Source of the DNA: Enterobacteria phage Aplg8
Direction: 5' to 3' (one strand)
Sequence record: NC_054902.1
DNA length: 64,000 nt
Position 1 is the first letter of the stretch. Each line of letters begins with the position of its first letter. Positions 51,043 to 59,873 of this stretch are shown here, one piece after another. The notes under the pieces are model-generated. The model saw only the letters and a program-made list of their open reading frames with translations. It made no database searches and was not told the origin of the DNA. The position numbers and the translations under genes were made by a program.

Positions 51043-52862
51043 TACTGGCTCATCCATTCTTTGCGAAGGTCAGCATTATCTCCCATGAGCATTTCAAAAA
51101 GCTCTTTCCAGTTCTCAGGAAGTTTAACAACATCATATACTGGATTTTGAATCATCTCACGATATTCAGATTTTTCCAAAGAGCCAAGTCCTTTAATATA
51201 ACGGATGCTATGTTTAGGTAGAGCATCTTTGGCACTCTCATATTCAGCGACTGTATAAAACCATTCTTGTTTTTTACCGACCTGAGCGATGATTACAGGA
51301 GTTTTGACAAAGCGAATTCGTCCTTGCTCAAACAATTCTGGCCAATTACTAAAAAACCCGAGCAGAGAAGGATAAATGCTTCCTAGACCATCATGGTCAG
51401 CATCAGTCATAATAGCAATATTGCGATAATTCAAGTTTTCAGCTTTTTCACCAAGAACTAGACCAGTGATTGCGCAAATATCAAATAGTTCTTTGTTTTT
51501 AAGCATATCGGCATATGACATACCCCAGCTATTAAGAACTTTACCGCGCAATGGATAACCACCATGAAGTTCTTTATCGCGAACATCAATAAGATATCCG
51601 ATAGCTGAATCACCCTCAGTCAAGAACAATGTAGTGTCAGCATCTTTACCGCAAAGATTCGCTTTGATATGTTTGTGAACCTTAGCTTTAGAAGCCTTTT
51701 TAGCTGCTTTAGTTTCTGCTGCTTTTTCTGCCGCCAATTTACGAGCCAAAGCAGCTTCAATAATCGGCATTAAAATTGCTTCATTATTTAGAATAGCGCG
51801 TGAAATCTTTTTAGCATCAAGTTGAATATGACTACGGATTTCACCAAATGGAGAAGTCAAACGCTCTTTAGTTTGAGAATCAAATCGCATGTTTTTCATA
51901 TCACGAACAAACATAACGATAGTCAAACATTCTTTGACACGCGCTTTGGTTACATCAATTTTGAACTTACGTTTGATTTGTGGAATAAGGTCTTCACAAA
52001 TATCATCCATAACACAGTCAATGTGATGGCCACCATTCTTAGTATGAATGTTATTGACGTATGTTAATTGACGAAAACCATCCGGTGAACGACCAACCGC
52101 AATAGAACAATTTTCTTGTTCTTGAACGATAGCATGTTCATCATATTGGCGTGCGTATTTCTTAAAATTACCCTGAACCTTTTTACCATTAAAGGTAAAT
52201 TGAATATCAGGATAAACAACAGCAAGTGTTTGGAGACGATCTAGTGTAATGTCAAGATAAACTTGGGACAGCTCATTAGTTTCAAATGACATAAAATCAG
52301 GAATGAAAGTAACACGAGTTCCTTTCCATTTTCCAGGAATATCTTCCCATGATTTATTTTCCATGCCATTTGAGCAACGAACTACAATATTATTTTGACC
52401 ATCGCCAGTTTCACCGACAAACATCACAGAAAAAATGTTTGTCAAACTAGAACCAACACCGTTCATACCGCCAGTGACGCGTTCTTTATCATCACCGAAG
52501 TTACCACCTGCTTTTGGAATAGTCCATGCGGCAACAGGACCAGGAATTTCTTCACCGGTAGGTGTTTTAACCATCGCTTGTGGAATACCGCGACCGTTAT
52601 CTTCAACTGTTACTTGATTGTTTTTAATAGTAACATTAATTTTATTTGCGAATTTAAACTTAGTACGAATACCTTCATCTACTGAGTTATCGATAATTTC
52701 ATCAATAAGCTTAACAAGACCAGGTACATACTGAACACTTTCCCATTTACCAAACAGAAAGCGCTCATGCATTTCATTAGCAGAAGAGCCAATGTACATG
52801 CCACTACGCTTTTTGATATGTTCAATATCGCTCAGAATTTTAATTTCATTCTTAATCATCAC
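51042..52862 (-). CDS. 39: DNA topoisomerase II large subunit, fused 39+60 form
   Basis: 606-aa continuous ORF carrying the GHKL ATPase region and Toprim motifs TEGDSA and IMTDADHDG; no separate gene 60. Confidence 0.9.
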   Translation of the reverse strand: MMIKNEIKILSDIEHIKKRSGMYIGSSANEMHERFLFGKWESVQYVPGLVKLIDEIIDNSVDEGIRTKFKFANKINVTIKNNQVTVEDNGRGIPQAMVKTPTGEEIPGPVAAWTIPKAGGNFGDDKERVTGGMNGVGSSLTNIFSVMFVGETGDGQNNIVVRCSNGMENKSWEDIPGKWKGTRVTFIPDFMSFETNELSQVYLDITLDRLQTLAVVYPDIQFTFNGKKVQGNFKKYARQYDEHAIVQEQENCSIAVGRSPDGFRQLTYVNNIHTKNGGHHIDCVMDDICEDLIPQIKRKFKIDVTKARVKECLTIVMFVRDMKNMRFDSQTKERLTSPFGEIRSHIQLDAKKISRAILNNEAILMPIIEAALARKLAAEKAAETKAAKKASKAKVHKHIKANLCGKDADTTLFLTEGDSAIGYLIDVRDKELHGGYPLRGKVLNSWGMSYADMLKNKELFDICAITGLVLGEKAENLNYRNIAIMTDADHDGLGSIYPSLLGFFSNWPELFEQGRIRFVKTPVIIAQVGKKQEWFYTVAEYESAKDALPKHSIRYIKGLGSLEKSEYREMIQNPVYDVVKLPENWKELFEMLMGDNADLRKEWMSQ

Positions 52863-52928
52863 TTATCCTCGTTTGGTTTCGGGAATATTATACTCCGGTA
52901 ATCATAAAGCTAAAGGCCCGAAGGCCTT

Positions 52929-53198
52929 TTATTTAAAACGAATAGTTGAATCCTTAAAGAACAGCCCAGAACATACTGTTCCTTCTACTTTCTGCCCAGT
53001 AGGTCCAATAGCACGAAATCCAGTATGTTGGAAATCATTTTCAGAACAACCAAACCAATTATATCCAGTGATTTCAATATTAGTAAAACCACTTGAAGAT
53101 AAAACTTTGGTTGCATTATCAGCATCAGTACATCCTGCTAAAGACACTGCTAATACTAATGCCGCGATAGAACGATTAATATATTTCATAATTTTCAC
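52929..53198 (-). CDS. Predicted lipoprotein, 89 aa
   Basis: Signal peptide with lipobox SLAGC (MKIMKYINRSIAALVLAVSLAGCTD). Confidence 0.5.
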   Translation of the reverse strand: MKIMKYINRSIAALVLAVSLAGCTDADNATKVLSSSGFTNIEITGYNWFGCSENDFQHTGFRAIGPTGQKVEGTVCSGLFFKDSTIRFK

Positions 53199-53566
53199 TC
53201 AAATTTAATGGCTTGAAGAAGACTAATAATTCTCAAGCGACTTCTTTCATCTTTAACTGTAAAAGAAAGAGGGTCACCAGATTTCATAGTAATAGTACAT
53301 TCAAAATCAAAATCTTCTGTGACTTCTTCGAAGAAGTCAAATTCTTCATCATAAATTAGAACATTACTCTGACAACTATGAAGAATTTTTCCATCATTTC
53401 CAGATGCTGTACTAATCATTGTAACATTATGACCTTTCATATCTTCAACGATAAATTCACTAGTCAATATTACGGCATTAATAGAACTATTCCTATTACT
53501 AGCAGAAAGTAGATATTTCTGTTCTTCACCTTCACGAATACGATATTTCTTACCGATTTTAAACAT
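53195..53566 (-). CDS. Hypothetical protein, 123 aa
   Basis: ORF between goF region and gene 39. Confidence 0.45.
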   Translation of the reverse strand: MFKIGKKYRIREGEEQKYLLSASNRNSSINAVILTSEFIVEDMKGHNVTMISTASGNDGKILHSCQSNVLIYDEEFDFFEEVTEDFDFECTITMKSGDPLSFTVKDERSRLRIISLLQAIKFE

Positions 53567-53568
53567 AA

Positions 53569-53744
53569 TTACCCTTTAAGTAAGTCGTAAAATCCACCAT
53601 TCACATGCTTAGGAGCAGAAGGCCGACGAATAGACAGACGATGACATTTAGGGCAAACATCATTTTCTCGTTCAGAAATCTTTTTAATTTTTTCATATTC
53701 ATGCCCGCAATCTTCGGATTGGCATTTATAATCATACATTGGCA
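53569..53744 (-). CDS. Zinc-ribbon protein (FmdB-like), 58 aa
   Basis: MPMYDYKCQSEDCGHEYEKIKKISERENDVCPKCHRLS: CxxC...CxxC spacing typical of a zinc ribbon; below the track size cutoff. Confidence 0.45.
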
Positions 53745-53747
53745 TAA

Positions 53748-54173
53748 TTATTCCTTAAAGTGAGCTTTCAACATCTGATACAAGGACCATGCATGTTCAT
53801 TATTTTCAATAGTAACTTTCATGACTGGGAATTCTGTGAAATCTTCTATTTGTTCTTGCTCTTTCTCTTCCTGCTCTTGCTCTTCAACTGCCTGATATGG
53901 ATTTTCCACTTCATCAAAGAACCCAGCTTCGTTAGTAGAAAGCCAAATAAAGTTTTCGTCAAGGATATCACCATGTGTTGCATATCCAACTGTGCCAGTA
54001 GATGTCACAATTTTAGTAGGACGACCAAGATGGTCAACATCTAAAATTTTAAAAGGATGCATACCTAAACGGCGTGCATAGATTCCGTTATCAGTATGAT
54101 CTTTAATAAAATTTTCTTGAGCTTGTTTATTTTTAAATTGATACCATTTATTAACTTCAAATCTAATAGCCAT
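53748..54173 (-). CDS. goF: Hypothetical acidic protein, 141 aa (possible GoF)
   Basis: Same length as T4 GoF and correct relative position; acidic [12 protein letters not shown] tract. Identity by position and length only. Confidence 0.4.
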   Translation of the reverse strand: MAIRFEVNKWYQFKNKQAQENFIKDHTDNGIYARRLGMHPFKILDVDHLGRPTKIVTSTGTVGYATHGDILDENFIWLSTNEAGFFDEVENPYQAVEEQEQEEKEQEQIEDFTEFPVMKVTIENNEHAWSLYQMLKAHFKE

Positions 54174-54421
54174 TAATAAATTTCCTTCCAGTAAGTTGTA
54201 CCGTCTTCAGTGATTTCACGGAATACACCATAAATCGGTTGTTTATCACCAACCTTTTCATACACATAAACCGAAGTCAAGTGAGTAAACTTGATGGTGT
54301 GTTCCTTTTGAACTACTACCAAATCTGGATCGAATAATACATCTTCAAATTCGTCATTAGTGCAATTCTGAACAATTTTACGTTTCATTACAATTTCCTC
54401 ATTAATTGAACAGTGGAGCAA
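54173..54421 (-). CDS. Hypothetical protein, 71-82 aa (possible Cef)
   Basis: From the internal Met the product is 71 aa, the length of T4 Cef; position only. Confidence 0.3.
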   Translation of the reverse strand: MLHCSINEEIVMKRKIVQNCTNDEFEDVLFDPDLVVVQKEHTIKFTHLTSVYVYEKVGDKQPIYGVFREITEDGTTYWKEIY

Positions 54422-54683
54422 TGCGTTTCAGAAGAGTAGCAGCACCTTTGGCGAATTTTACATCATGAAAAACAGTTTCTTCTTCCGTTACAACACGAGC
54501 TTTAATGTTTTCACAATCCCAATTTTTGCGAACAATCTTCAAAAGCTGCAGTAAATCTTTACATTCAGCAATATCGATAACACATCCACGAGAATCTTCC
54601 ATTATCGCACGATAACCGTAAGCCATACCATAATTGTTGAAAGATTGCTCGATGATAATTAAGTTTTCCATTTTATTCTCCAA
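54402..54683 (-). CDS. Hypothetical protein, 93 aa
   Basis: ORF with GGAGAA Shine-Dalgarno downstream of a palindromic promoter-like element. Confidence 0.45.
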   Translation of the reverse strand: MENKMENLIIIEQSFNNYGMAYGYRAIMEDSRGCVIDIAECKDLLQLLKIVRKNWDCENIKARVVTEEETVFHDVKFAKGAATLLKRIAPLFN

Positions 54684-54695
54684 GTTGTTTTCTGT

Positions 54696-54738
54696 ATCAG
54701 TAGTTGATATTGATATAGTACCATAATCAACTACTGAT
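54696..54738 (-). promoter_or_regulatory. Promoter-like element with 13-bp perfect inverted repeat around the -10
   Basis: ATCAGTAGTTGAT (54696-54708) and ATCAACTACTGAT (54726-54738) flank TACTAT; -35 is non-consensus. Confidence 0.4.
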
Positions 54739-54778
54739 GTATATAGTTTTATGAAAAAATTTTAAACTTTATGCAAAT

Positions 54779-55198
54779 TTATGCTAAAGCTGCTTCGCAC
54801 CATTTTTTAATTTGGAATTCAGGAACTACCATGAACTGGCCTGCAAAAACAATATTGTAGAGCTTGACACCATCTTCTACCCAACGGTCCGAAATAAAAC
54901 CAGCGACTTGATTCGTTGTCCATGGAGTTCCATCTGTTGCCGCCGCAATTGTGAATTTATGGTCTTTTACAACTAAAACTGAAGAACAAAGTTTCCATTT
55001 AAATGCGCTTTCTTCTGGCTCAATGAACTGACTTGAGACATAACCAATGTTACCATCAGCGTCACGAACTTTAACCTCGTTACGACCAAAAACTGGATCA
55101 CTTACAGAAAGAACTTCAACCAGCTTTCCTGCAACTTTAGAACGAGAAGCAACGGATACATATACGTAATCACCAGTAGAGAGATTTACAATATTCAT
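54779..55198 (-). CDS. Tandem paralog 1 (139 aa) of a three-gene family
   Basis: N-terminal SVASRSKVAGKLVEV and C-terminal GFISDRWVEDGVKLYNIVFAGQFMVV shared with the next ORF. Confidence 0.5.
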   Translation of the reverse strand: MNIVNLSTGDYVYVSVASRSKVAGKLVEVLSVSDPVFGRNEVKVRDADGNIGYVSSQFIEPEESAFKWKLCSSVLVVKDHKFTIAAATDGTPWTTNQVAGFISDRWVEDGVKLYNIVFAGQFMVVPEFQIKKWCEAALA

Positions 55199-55207
55199 AA
55201 TAATTCC

Positions 55208-55681
55208 TTAAGCTTTACGAGGAGAAGCATAACGAGTGATTTCAGATTCTTCAACAACCCGGAAGTCACCTAAAAATACAATATTGTATAGCTTTTTACC
55301 GTCTTCAATCCATTGGTCTGTGATGAAGCCACACATCCTATCAGTTTTACTTGGACCAGCGAAATCATCAATATAATCGAATTCTTCATCAGTTACAAAT
55401 TCAACGCCTTTACACAACGCCCATTTAAATTGTGCATTAGACTCAGTGGATTCAACTTCTTCAACAGAAGCAAAATGAGAGCTAACACGAGTTTCCAGAA
55501 ATTTAGGACTTACGTAAGCGTACTGAGTTTCAGTTTTTCCAGAACTAGGAATGATTCGAACTTTAACTTCTATAACACGACCAGTACCATTAGTACGAAG
55601 TCCTACCACTTCAACTAGACGACCTGCAGCTTTAGAACGAGATGCAGACGATACACGCTTAATTTCACCGATAGTAATCAT
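55208..55681 (-). CDS. Tandem paralog 2 (157 aa) of a three-gene family
   Basis: N-terminal SSASRSKAAGRLVEV and C-terminal GFITDQWIEDGKKLYNIVFLGDFRVV. Confidence 0.5.
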   Translation of the reverse strand: MITIGEIKRVSSASRSKAAGRLVEVVGLRTNGTGRVIEVKVRIIPSSGKTETQYAYVSPKFLETRVSSHFASVEEVESTESNAQFKWALCKGVEFVTDEEFDYIDDFAGPSKTDRMCGFITDQWIEDGKKLYNIVFLGDFRVVEESEITRYASPRKA

Positions 55682-55725
55682 AATTTTTCTCTCTTTGCTG
55701 TTAAGATTTATTCTCCATGAGAGCC

Positions 55726-55753
55726 ATTATAACAGGCTCTCTATAAAGTAAAC
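55726..55753 (-). promoter_or_regulatory. Early promoter (GTTTAC-N16-TATAAT)
   Basis: Consensus hexamers with a 16-nt spacer on the minus strand. Confidence 0.4.
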
Positions 55754-56248
55754 TTAATTAAGGATATTAATTACTGCACTACGTGGAACTACACTAAAAT
55801 CACCTGCATGAACAACGTTCAGAAGTTCAACACCGTCTTCAATCCACTGATCAGTTACCCATCCACTCACTGGACCTGCGAACGGACGTCGAATTGAAAC
55901 AGCTTTACACAACAAATCAGTAGGCTCAATAGGCTTAACCAGAGTACCGTACATACAAGCGATATCCATATCAATACAGATGTCTTTAACGGGTTCTACT
56001 TCTTCAATCAACAGTTCAAAGTCGGTGCTTGGAAGGGCGGTAGTAGAAATTGTACCGTATGAATTTTTAATTTCTAAGAATAACCAAGGGCCTTCAGCTT
56101 GTTTGATGAAGTTAACAATAGTGAAACTATTACCTTGAGTGGCGCCTAAAATTTCACAAAACTTTTCATAAGCTCGCACTGAAGCACCATACCAGTTGAT
56201 TTGCTTTTCGTCTTTCAGGATGTAAGTAGCTGTAGTACTGATATTCAT
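55754..56248 (-). CDS. Tandem paralog 3 (164 aa); possibly MotB-like by position
   Basis: C-terminal GWVTDQWIEDGVELLNVVHAGDFSVV shared with paralogs 1 and 2; lacks their N-terminal motif. Confidence 0.45.
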   Translation of the reverse strand: MNISTTATYILKDEKQINWYGASVRAYEKFCEILGATQGNSFTIVNFIKQAEGPWLFLEIKNSYGTISTTALPSTDFELLIEEVEPVKDICIDMDIACMYGTLVKPIEPTDLLCKAVSIRRPFAGPVSGWVTDQWIEDGVELLNVVHAGDFSVVPRSAVINILN

Positions 56249-56260
56249 GATGTTTTCCCC

Positions 56261-56803
56261 TTAATCTAAGGTAATAAAGCCTTTTAATTCGGCATGTGAC
56301 TTGCGGAACATTACTTGATGACCGCCAATGATAACTTGGTCATCAGGTACTTCGTATACAGCGAGATAAAATCCTTTAGAAGCTAATTCTTCACGCTCTT
56401 CTCGTGTGAACCATCTCATCATATCATATTCGCTAGCGAAAGCAAAATGATAAAGAGCTATAAACCATCCTGGAATATAGTGATCTACGCCTACATATTC
56501 TTCTTTCTCAAAATTAGTATTAATTGCTATATTAGCATTTTTAACTAATAATTTGTCTTCATGCGGCACAGGAATTCTTTTATTATCATTACTATGATGC
56601 ATAAAATTAGGTCTGTCATAACCTACGTGTAATAACCACTCTTCACTCCATGAATCTATTATACTCCTGTACGGAGTTATTTGAACACAAAGATCTCGAC
56701 GTATTGTTATAGCATCTTCATAATTAAGAATACTAAATGATGATTCAACACGATAAATTTTCATTTTATTATCCTCAGTAGCTATGGTGTTATAATACCA
56801 CAA
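56261..56803 (-). CDS. Hypothetical protein; probable start at MKIYRV (about 56764), 167 aa
   Basis: Internal Met has a GAGGATAA Shine-Dalgarno; the track start lies inside the upstream promoter. Confidence 0.45.
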   Translation of the reverse strand: MWYYNTIATEDNKMKIYRVESSFSILNYEDAITIRRDLCVQITPYRSIIDSWSEEWLLHVGYDRPNFMHHSNDNKRIPVPHEDKLLVKNANIAINTNFEKEEYVGVDHYIPGWFIALYHFAFASEYDMMRWFTREEREELASKGFYLAVYEVPDDQVIIGGHQVMFRKSHAELKGFITLD

Positions 56804-56821
56804 CTAACCGAGGAAGTAAAC
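56792..56821 (-). promoter_or_regulatory. Early promoter (GTTTAC-N18-TATTAT)
   Basis: Consensus elements on the minus strand. Confidence 0.5.
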
Positions 56822-56827
56822 AACTTT

Positions 56828-57511
56828 TTATCGTTTTGTTGGAAGAGACAGAGGATCGCACTCTTCCTCTGACGGAGCATCTTCAAGACCCATAGCGTAT
56901 CGCAAAGCATACTTCATCATCAGGATGTCTTTCGCACAGTCATGAATAGAATCATGCGCAACGAATCCATCTAAGGTTCCCTTTGGAAGAGGACATGTTG
57001 TCATATCACGAACAAGCAGAAGTGCTTCAATTCTGGTACGAATATCACGCTGATTCCAGAATTTACATGGTTCTAACTTAAATGTGTCAAGCTCATTCTC
57101 AGAAACACCATTAAGACGTTGAATATCACGAATGAGATCGACTAAAATTGGAAAATCAAACGACATTCCACGGCACCAGCCTTGAGATTTCCAAGGATCG
57201 ATATTATGTGCATTGATGTAATCATTAAATTTTGCAATACCGTCGATAGTGCTTACATCTTCATCGGATGGTGCAATATTTTTTCGAGCTTCAGGAGATT
57301 GATTTTTCCACCATTCGATAGTGCTTTTAGTAAAAAGACGATGTCCTTTTTGGCTTTTTAAATCAAATTTGATTTTAATGCCACGTGAAACTAATTCATC
57401 AAACGTTTCAACTACTTCTGGGTTAGGGTCAAAAGCAATTACAGCCAAATCAATAACAGCTGCTTTTTCACCGCTTCCCATTGTTTCAAAATCTATAATA
57501 AAATCAAACAT
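56828..57511 (-). CDS. dexA: Exonuclease A
   Basis: 227 aa as T4 DexA; N-terminal FDFIIDFETMG is DEDD-exonuclease-like; position upstream of dda. Confidence 0.8.
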   Translation of the reverse strand: MFDFIIDFETMGSGEKAAVIDLAVIAFDPNPEVVETFDELVSRGIKIKFDLKSQKGHRLFTKSTIEWWKNQSPEARKNIAPSDEDVSTIDGIAKFNDYINAHNIDPWKSQGWCRGMSFDFPILVDLIRDIQRLNGVSENELDTFKLEPCKFWNQRDIRTRIEALLLVRDMTTCPLPKGTLDGFVAHDSIHDCAKDILMMKYALRYAMGLEDAPSEEECDPLSLPTKR

Positions 57512-57786
57512 TAAATTTTCCTTGCTAAATCGCGAATTTGACCTACAGTATAATCTTGGATATAAACTTTATTAATAGGCTCATCAATAAATTTTGCCAT
57601 AGATTCAATATCTTTTTGCATCTCTTCAAGACTGTATATTATCTTTAAAGCTTTTTCGCGAATAGTAATATTTTCAGGACCAGAATTTTTCTCAATGACA
57701 GCTTTAACATTTGTCATAAGAGATTTAAACTGCTGCAAACTTAATTCAATCATTAATAACCGCCTTATAAAGATGGCTAATTTCAC
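57511..57786 (-). CDS. Small protein, 80-91 aa; member A of a three-gene tandem family
   Basis: Shares pattern QF..L...V.EI...LEE...D...V....I.DY..G.I..L with member B. Confidence 0.45.
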   Translation of the reverse strand: MKLAIFIRRLLMIELSLQQFKSLMTNVKAVIEKNSGPENITIREKALKIIYSLEEMQKDIESMAKFIDEPINKVYIQDYTVGQIRDLARKI

Positions 57787-58006
57787 CTAAAATGTAATCA
57801 CTGATTGTAACAGTTTTTACTTCACCACAAAAGAATTCTAACGCAATTAAATCTCGTTCAATTTCTTCTAATTGAAGCATTAACTTGCCAGATTCAATTT
57901 TTACATTTCTACGATTTTTACTATAAGCTATTTCATAAATTTCGCTCACTTTATCTTGAAGCAGATAAAACTGGTCTTTAGTTATTTCCACGAATAGCTT
58001 CCTCAA
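57746..58006 (-). CDS. Small protein, 86 aa; member B of the family
   Basis: Alignable with member A over its full length at about 25% identity. Confidence 0.45.
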   Translation of the reverse strand: MRKLFVEITKDQFYLLQDKVSEIYEIAYSKNRRNVKIESGKLMLQLEEIERDLIALEFFCGEVKTVTISDYILGEISHLYKAVIND

Positions 58007-58238
58007 ATTTAATTAGTAATTTACAGACACTTTCATCTAGTGTAATTACCGTATCTGTATTACTGTGATATGATTGTTTTTCAATTCGTTTAATTGCTAA
58101 TATAGTATCACTTATAAGATAAAGCTTATGAAGGAGCTCAGCTCCTGTTACCATAACATCGAGATTATCTTGCTTATTAGTATGCTTCCTTATACCATCT
58201 ATTAGACGATTTAAATATTTTGAATTGATGTTAATCAT
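57978..58238 (-). CDS. Small protein, 86 aa; member C of the family (more divergent)
   Basis: Similar size and weak C-terminal similarity (TVITLDESVCKLLIKFEEAI vs TVTISDYILGEISHLYKAV). Confidence 0.4.
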   Translation of the reverse strand: MININSKYLNRLIDGIRKHTNKQDNLDVMVTGAELLHKLYLISDTILAIKRIEKQSYHSNTDTVITLDESVCKLLIKFEEAIRGNN

Positions 58239-58244
58239 ATAGCC

Positions 58245-59564
58245 TCACACATAAAACACATCATAACGACCACGTGTTACACCAACATAAAGAAGTTGTT
58301 GAGCTAGTTCAGCATCTGCATAATGAATACAAGGCGTATAAATGAAAGCACGGTCTACAGACATACCCTGAGCTTTATGGAATGTTGATGCAGGAAGTGC
58401 TTTCACTTTACTAAACTGTGATTTAGCATCCCAAAAATCACTCCACGGAGCCTTTCCGCCTTTATTCCAATTTTTATAAGTTTCTGCCGTTTTACCTAAA
58501 AACAGGTTAAACTTATATAGCTCTTCATCAGATGAAATTATTTTAATCTTTTCACGATAATATTCATCATCGCCGTAAGTTTCTACTGTTAAATCCCAAT
58601 GACGAATTAAGTATTCTCCAGGAACACCACGAGCTTTAACAAACGTTGATGTATACTCTGCTTCTATAATACGAACTAATTGTCCATTATTAAAAATAAT
58701 TTCTGATACAGGCTTTCCATCAATTTTATATGTTTTAATTAATGGTTCCTGCATTACAATAATTTCACCAACAATAAAATCTTTATCAGTTTCAAAAATC
58801 TTTTTACGAATAATATTGTTTAACTTGTCAACAGATTTATTCGTAAATGCCATTACGCGATTTTCAAACAAATCATCTAGTGATTTGACGATTGAAAAAT
58901 AATTTACCATAAAATCGCGTAAAGCGGTATCACCAGTAAATCCACGTACTCCATGCCCGTCAACAACTTTATCATAAATCCACTTACCGTTACGAACGTC
59001 AGTAGCTACATCAATAATAGGAGCATTACTGCGTTTAACTTCAGTGAGTTCACACTGATAAAAATCTTTATGCGTAAAGAATGGACTGATATAAGCAGTA
59101 TTTTCTCCTGGGTCAACAGGTCTAATTTGCTTATTATCACCTATTCCAATTATAGTACACCACGGCGGGATAGTTGAAAGCAGAATTTTAAATAGCTTTC
59201 TATCATACATTGACACTTCATCGCAGATTAATACTCTGCATTTAGCTAAATCTGGTACTTCCTTCTGCTCAAAGAGGACATTTTCTTCATATGTTACCGG
59301 GTTAATTTTGAGAATACTGTGAATAGTACTCGCTTCTTTCCCTGATAGTTTTGAAAGAATCTTTTTAGCTGCATGAGTAGGAGCTGCTAAAATAATGCCA
59401 GTTTCGCCCGTAGATATTAAGGCTTCAATGATGAACTTAGTAAGAGTAGTCTTACCAGTACCAGCAGGTCCATTAATAGTTACATGATGTTTCTTTTCTT
59501 TAATAGCCCTCATAACAATGTTAAAGGCATTTTTCTGGCCTTCAGTCAAATCATCAAATGTCAT
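58245..59564 (-). CDS. dda: Dda DNA helicase (superfamily 1)
   Basis: 439 aa as T4 Dda; Walker A GPAGTGKTT; start MTFDDLTEGQKNAFNIV. Confidence 0.9.
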   Translation of the reverse strand: MTFDDLTEGQKNAFNIVMRAIKEKKHHVTINGPAGTGKTTLTKFIIEALISTGETGIILAAPTHAAKKILSKLSGKEASTIHSILKINPVTYEENVLFEQKEVPDLAKCRVLICDEVSMYDRKLFKILLSTIPPWCTIIGIGDNKQIRPVDPGENTAYISPFFTHKDFYQCELTEVKRSNAPIIDVATDVRNGKWIYDKVVDGHGVRGFTGDTALRDFMVNYFSIVKSLDDLFENRVMAFTNKSVDKLNNIIRKKIFETDKDFIVGEIIVMQEPLIKTYKIDGKPVSEIIFNNGQLVRIIEAEYTSTFVKARGVPGEYLIRHWDLTVETYGDDEYYREKIKIISSDEELYKFNLFLGKTAETYKNWNKGGKAPWSDFWDAKSQFSKVKALPASTFHKAQGMSVDRAFIYTPCIHYADAELAQQLLYVGVTRGRYDVFYV

Positions 59565-59872
59565 CGTAAATTCCCTGCAATTGGTATACTAACAATACGC
59601 CCAGTATCTAAAATTCGCCGATATAATCTTTGTGTGTCTACATCAGGCTTAACATGTTTAACTTCTATTTTATTAAACCAAAACTTGCGTGGAGTCTCAA
59701 CTAATCTTGGAATTCCCTTACCTAAAGCTAATCGATACTGCTCTTTAAGAGTAGTAAATACTTTATCAGCAATATTCCATTCAAAAAATACAGCAGGACG
59801 ATGTTCATCAAGCGGAACTGGCGCCGTAAATCCGTCTTTGTCTCGGTAAACTATCGCATATACATAAACCAT
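59561..59872 (-). CDS. Hypothetical protein, 103 aa (dda.1 position)
   Basis: ORF overlapping the dda start by 4 nt. Confidence 0.45.
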   Translation of the reverse strand: MVYVYAIVYRDKDGFTAPVPLDEHRPAVFFEWNIADKVFTTLKEQYRLALGKGIPRLVETPRKFWFNKIEVKHVKPDVDTQRLYRRILDTGRIVSIPIAGNLR

Positions 59873-59873
59873 A

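Noticed and set aside
52395-52685. Plus-strand ORFs 52395-52685 and 52435-52617 inside gene 39
   Set aside because: Antisense to the topoisomerase gene; overlap each other in different frames; no signals.
51042-52862. Gene 60-type translational bypass (50-nt hop) or a mobA-like insertion in the topoisomerase gene
   Set aside because: The ORF is continuous through the Toprim region with no in-frame stop or gap, so no bypass element or endonuclease insertion is present.
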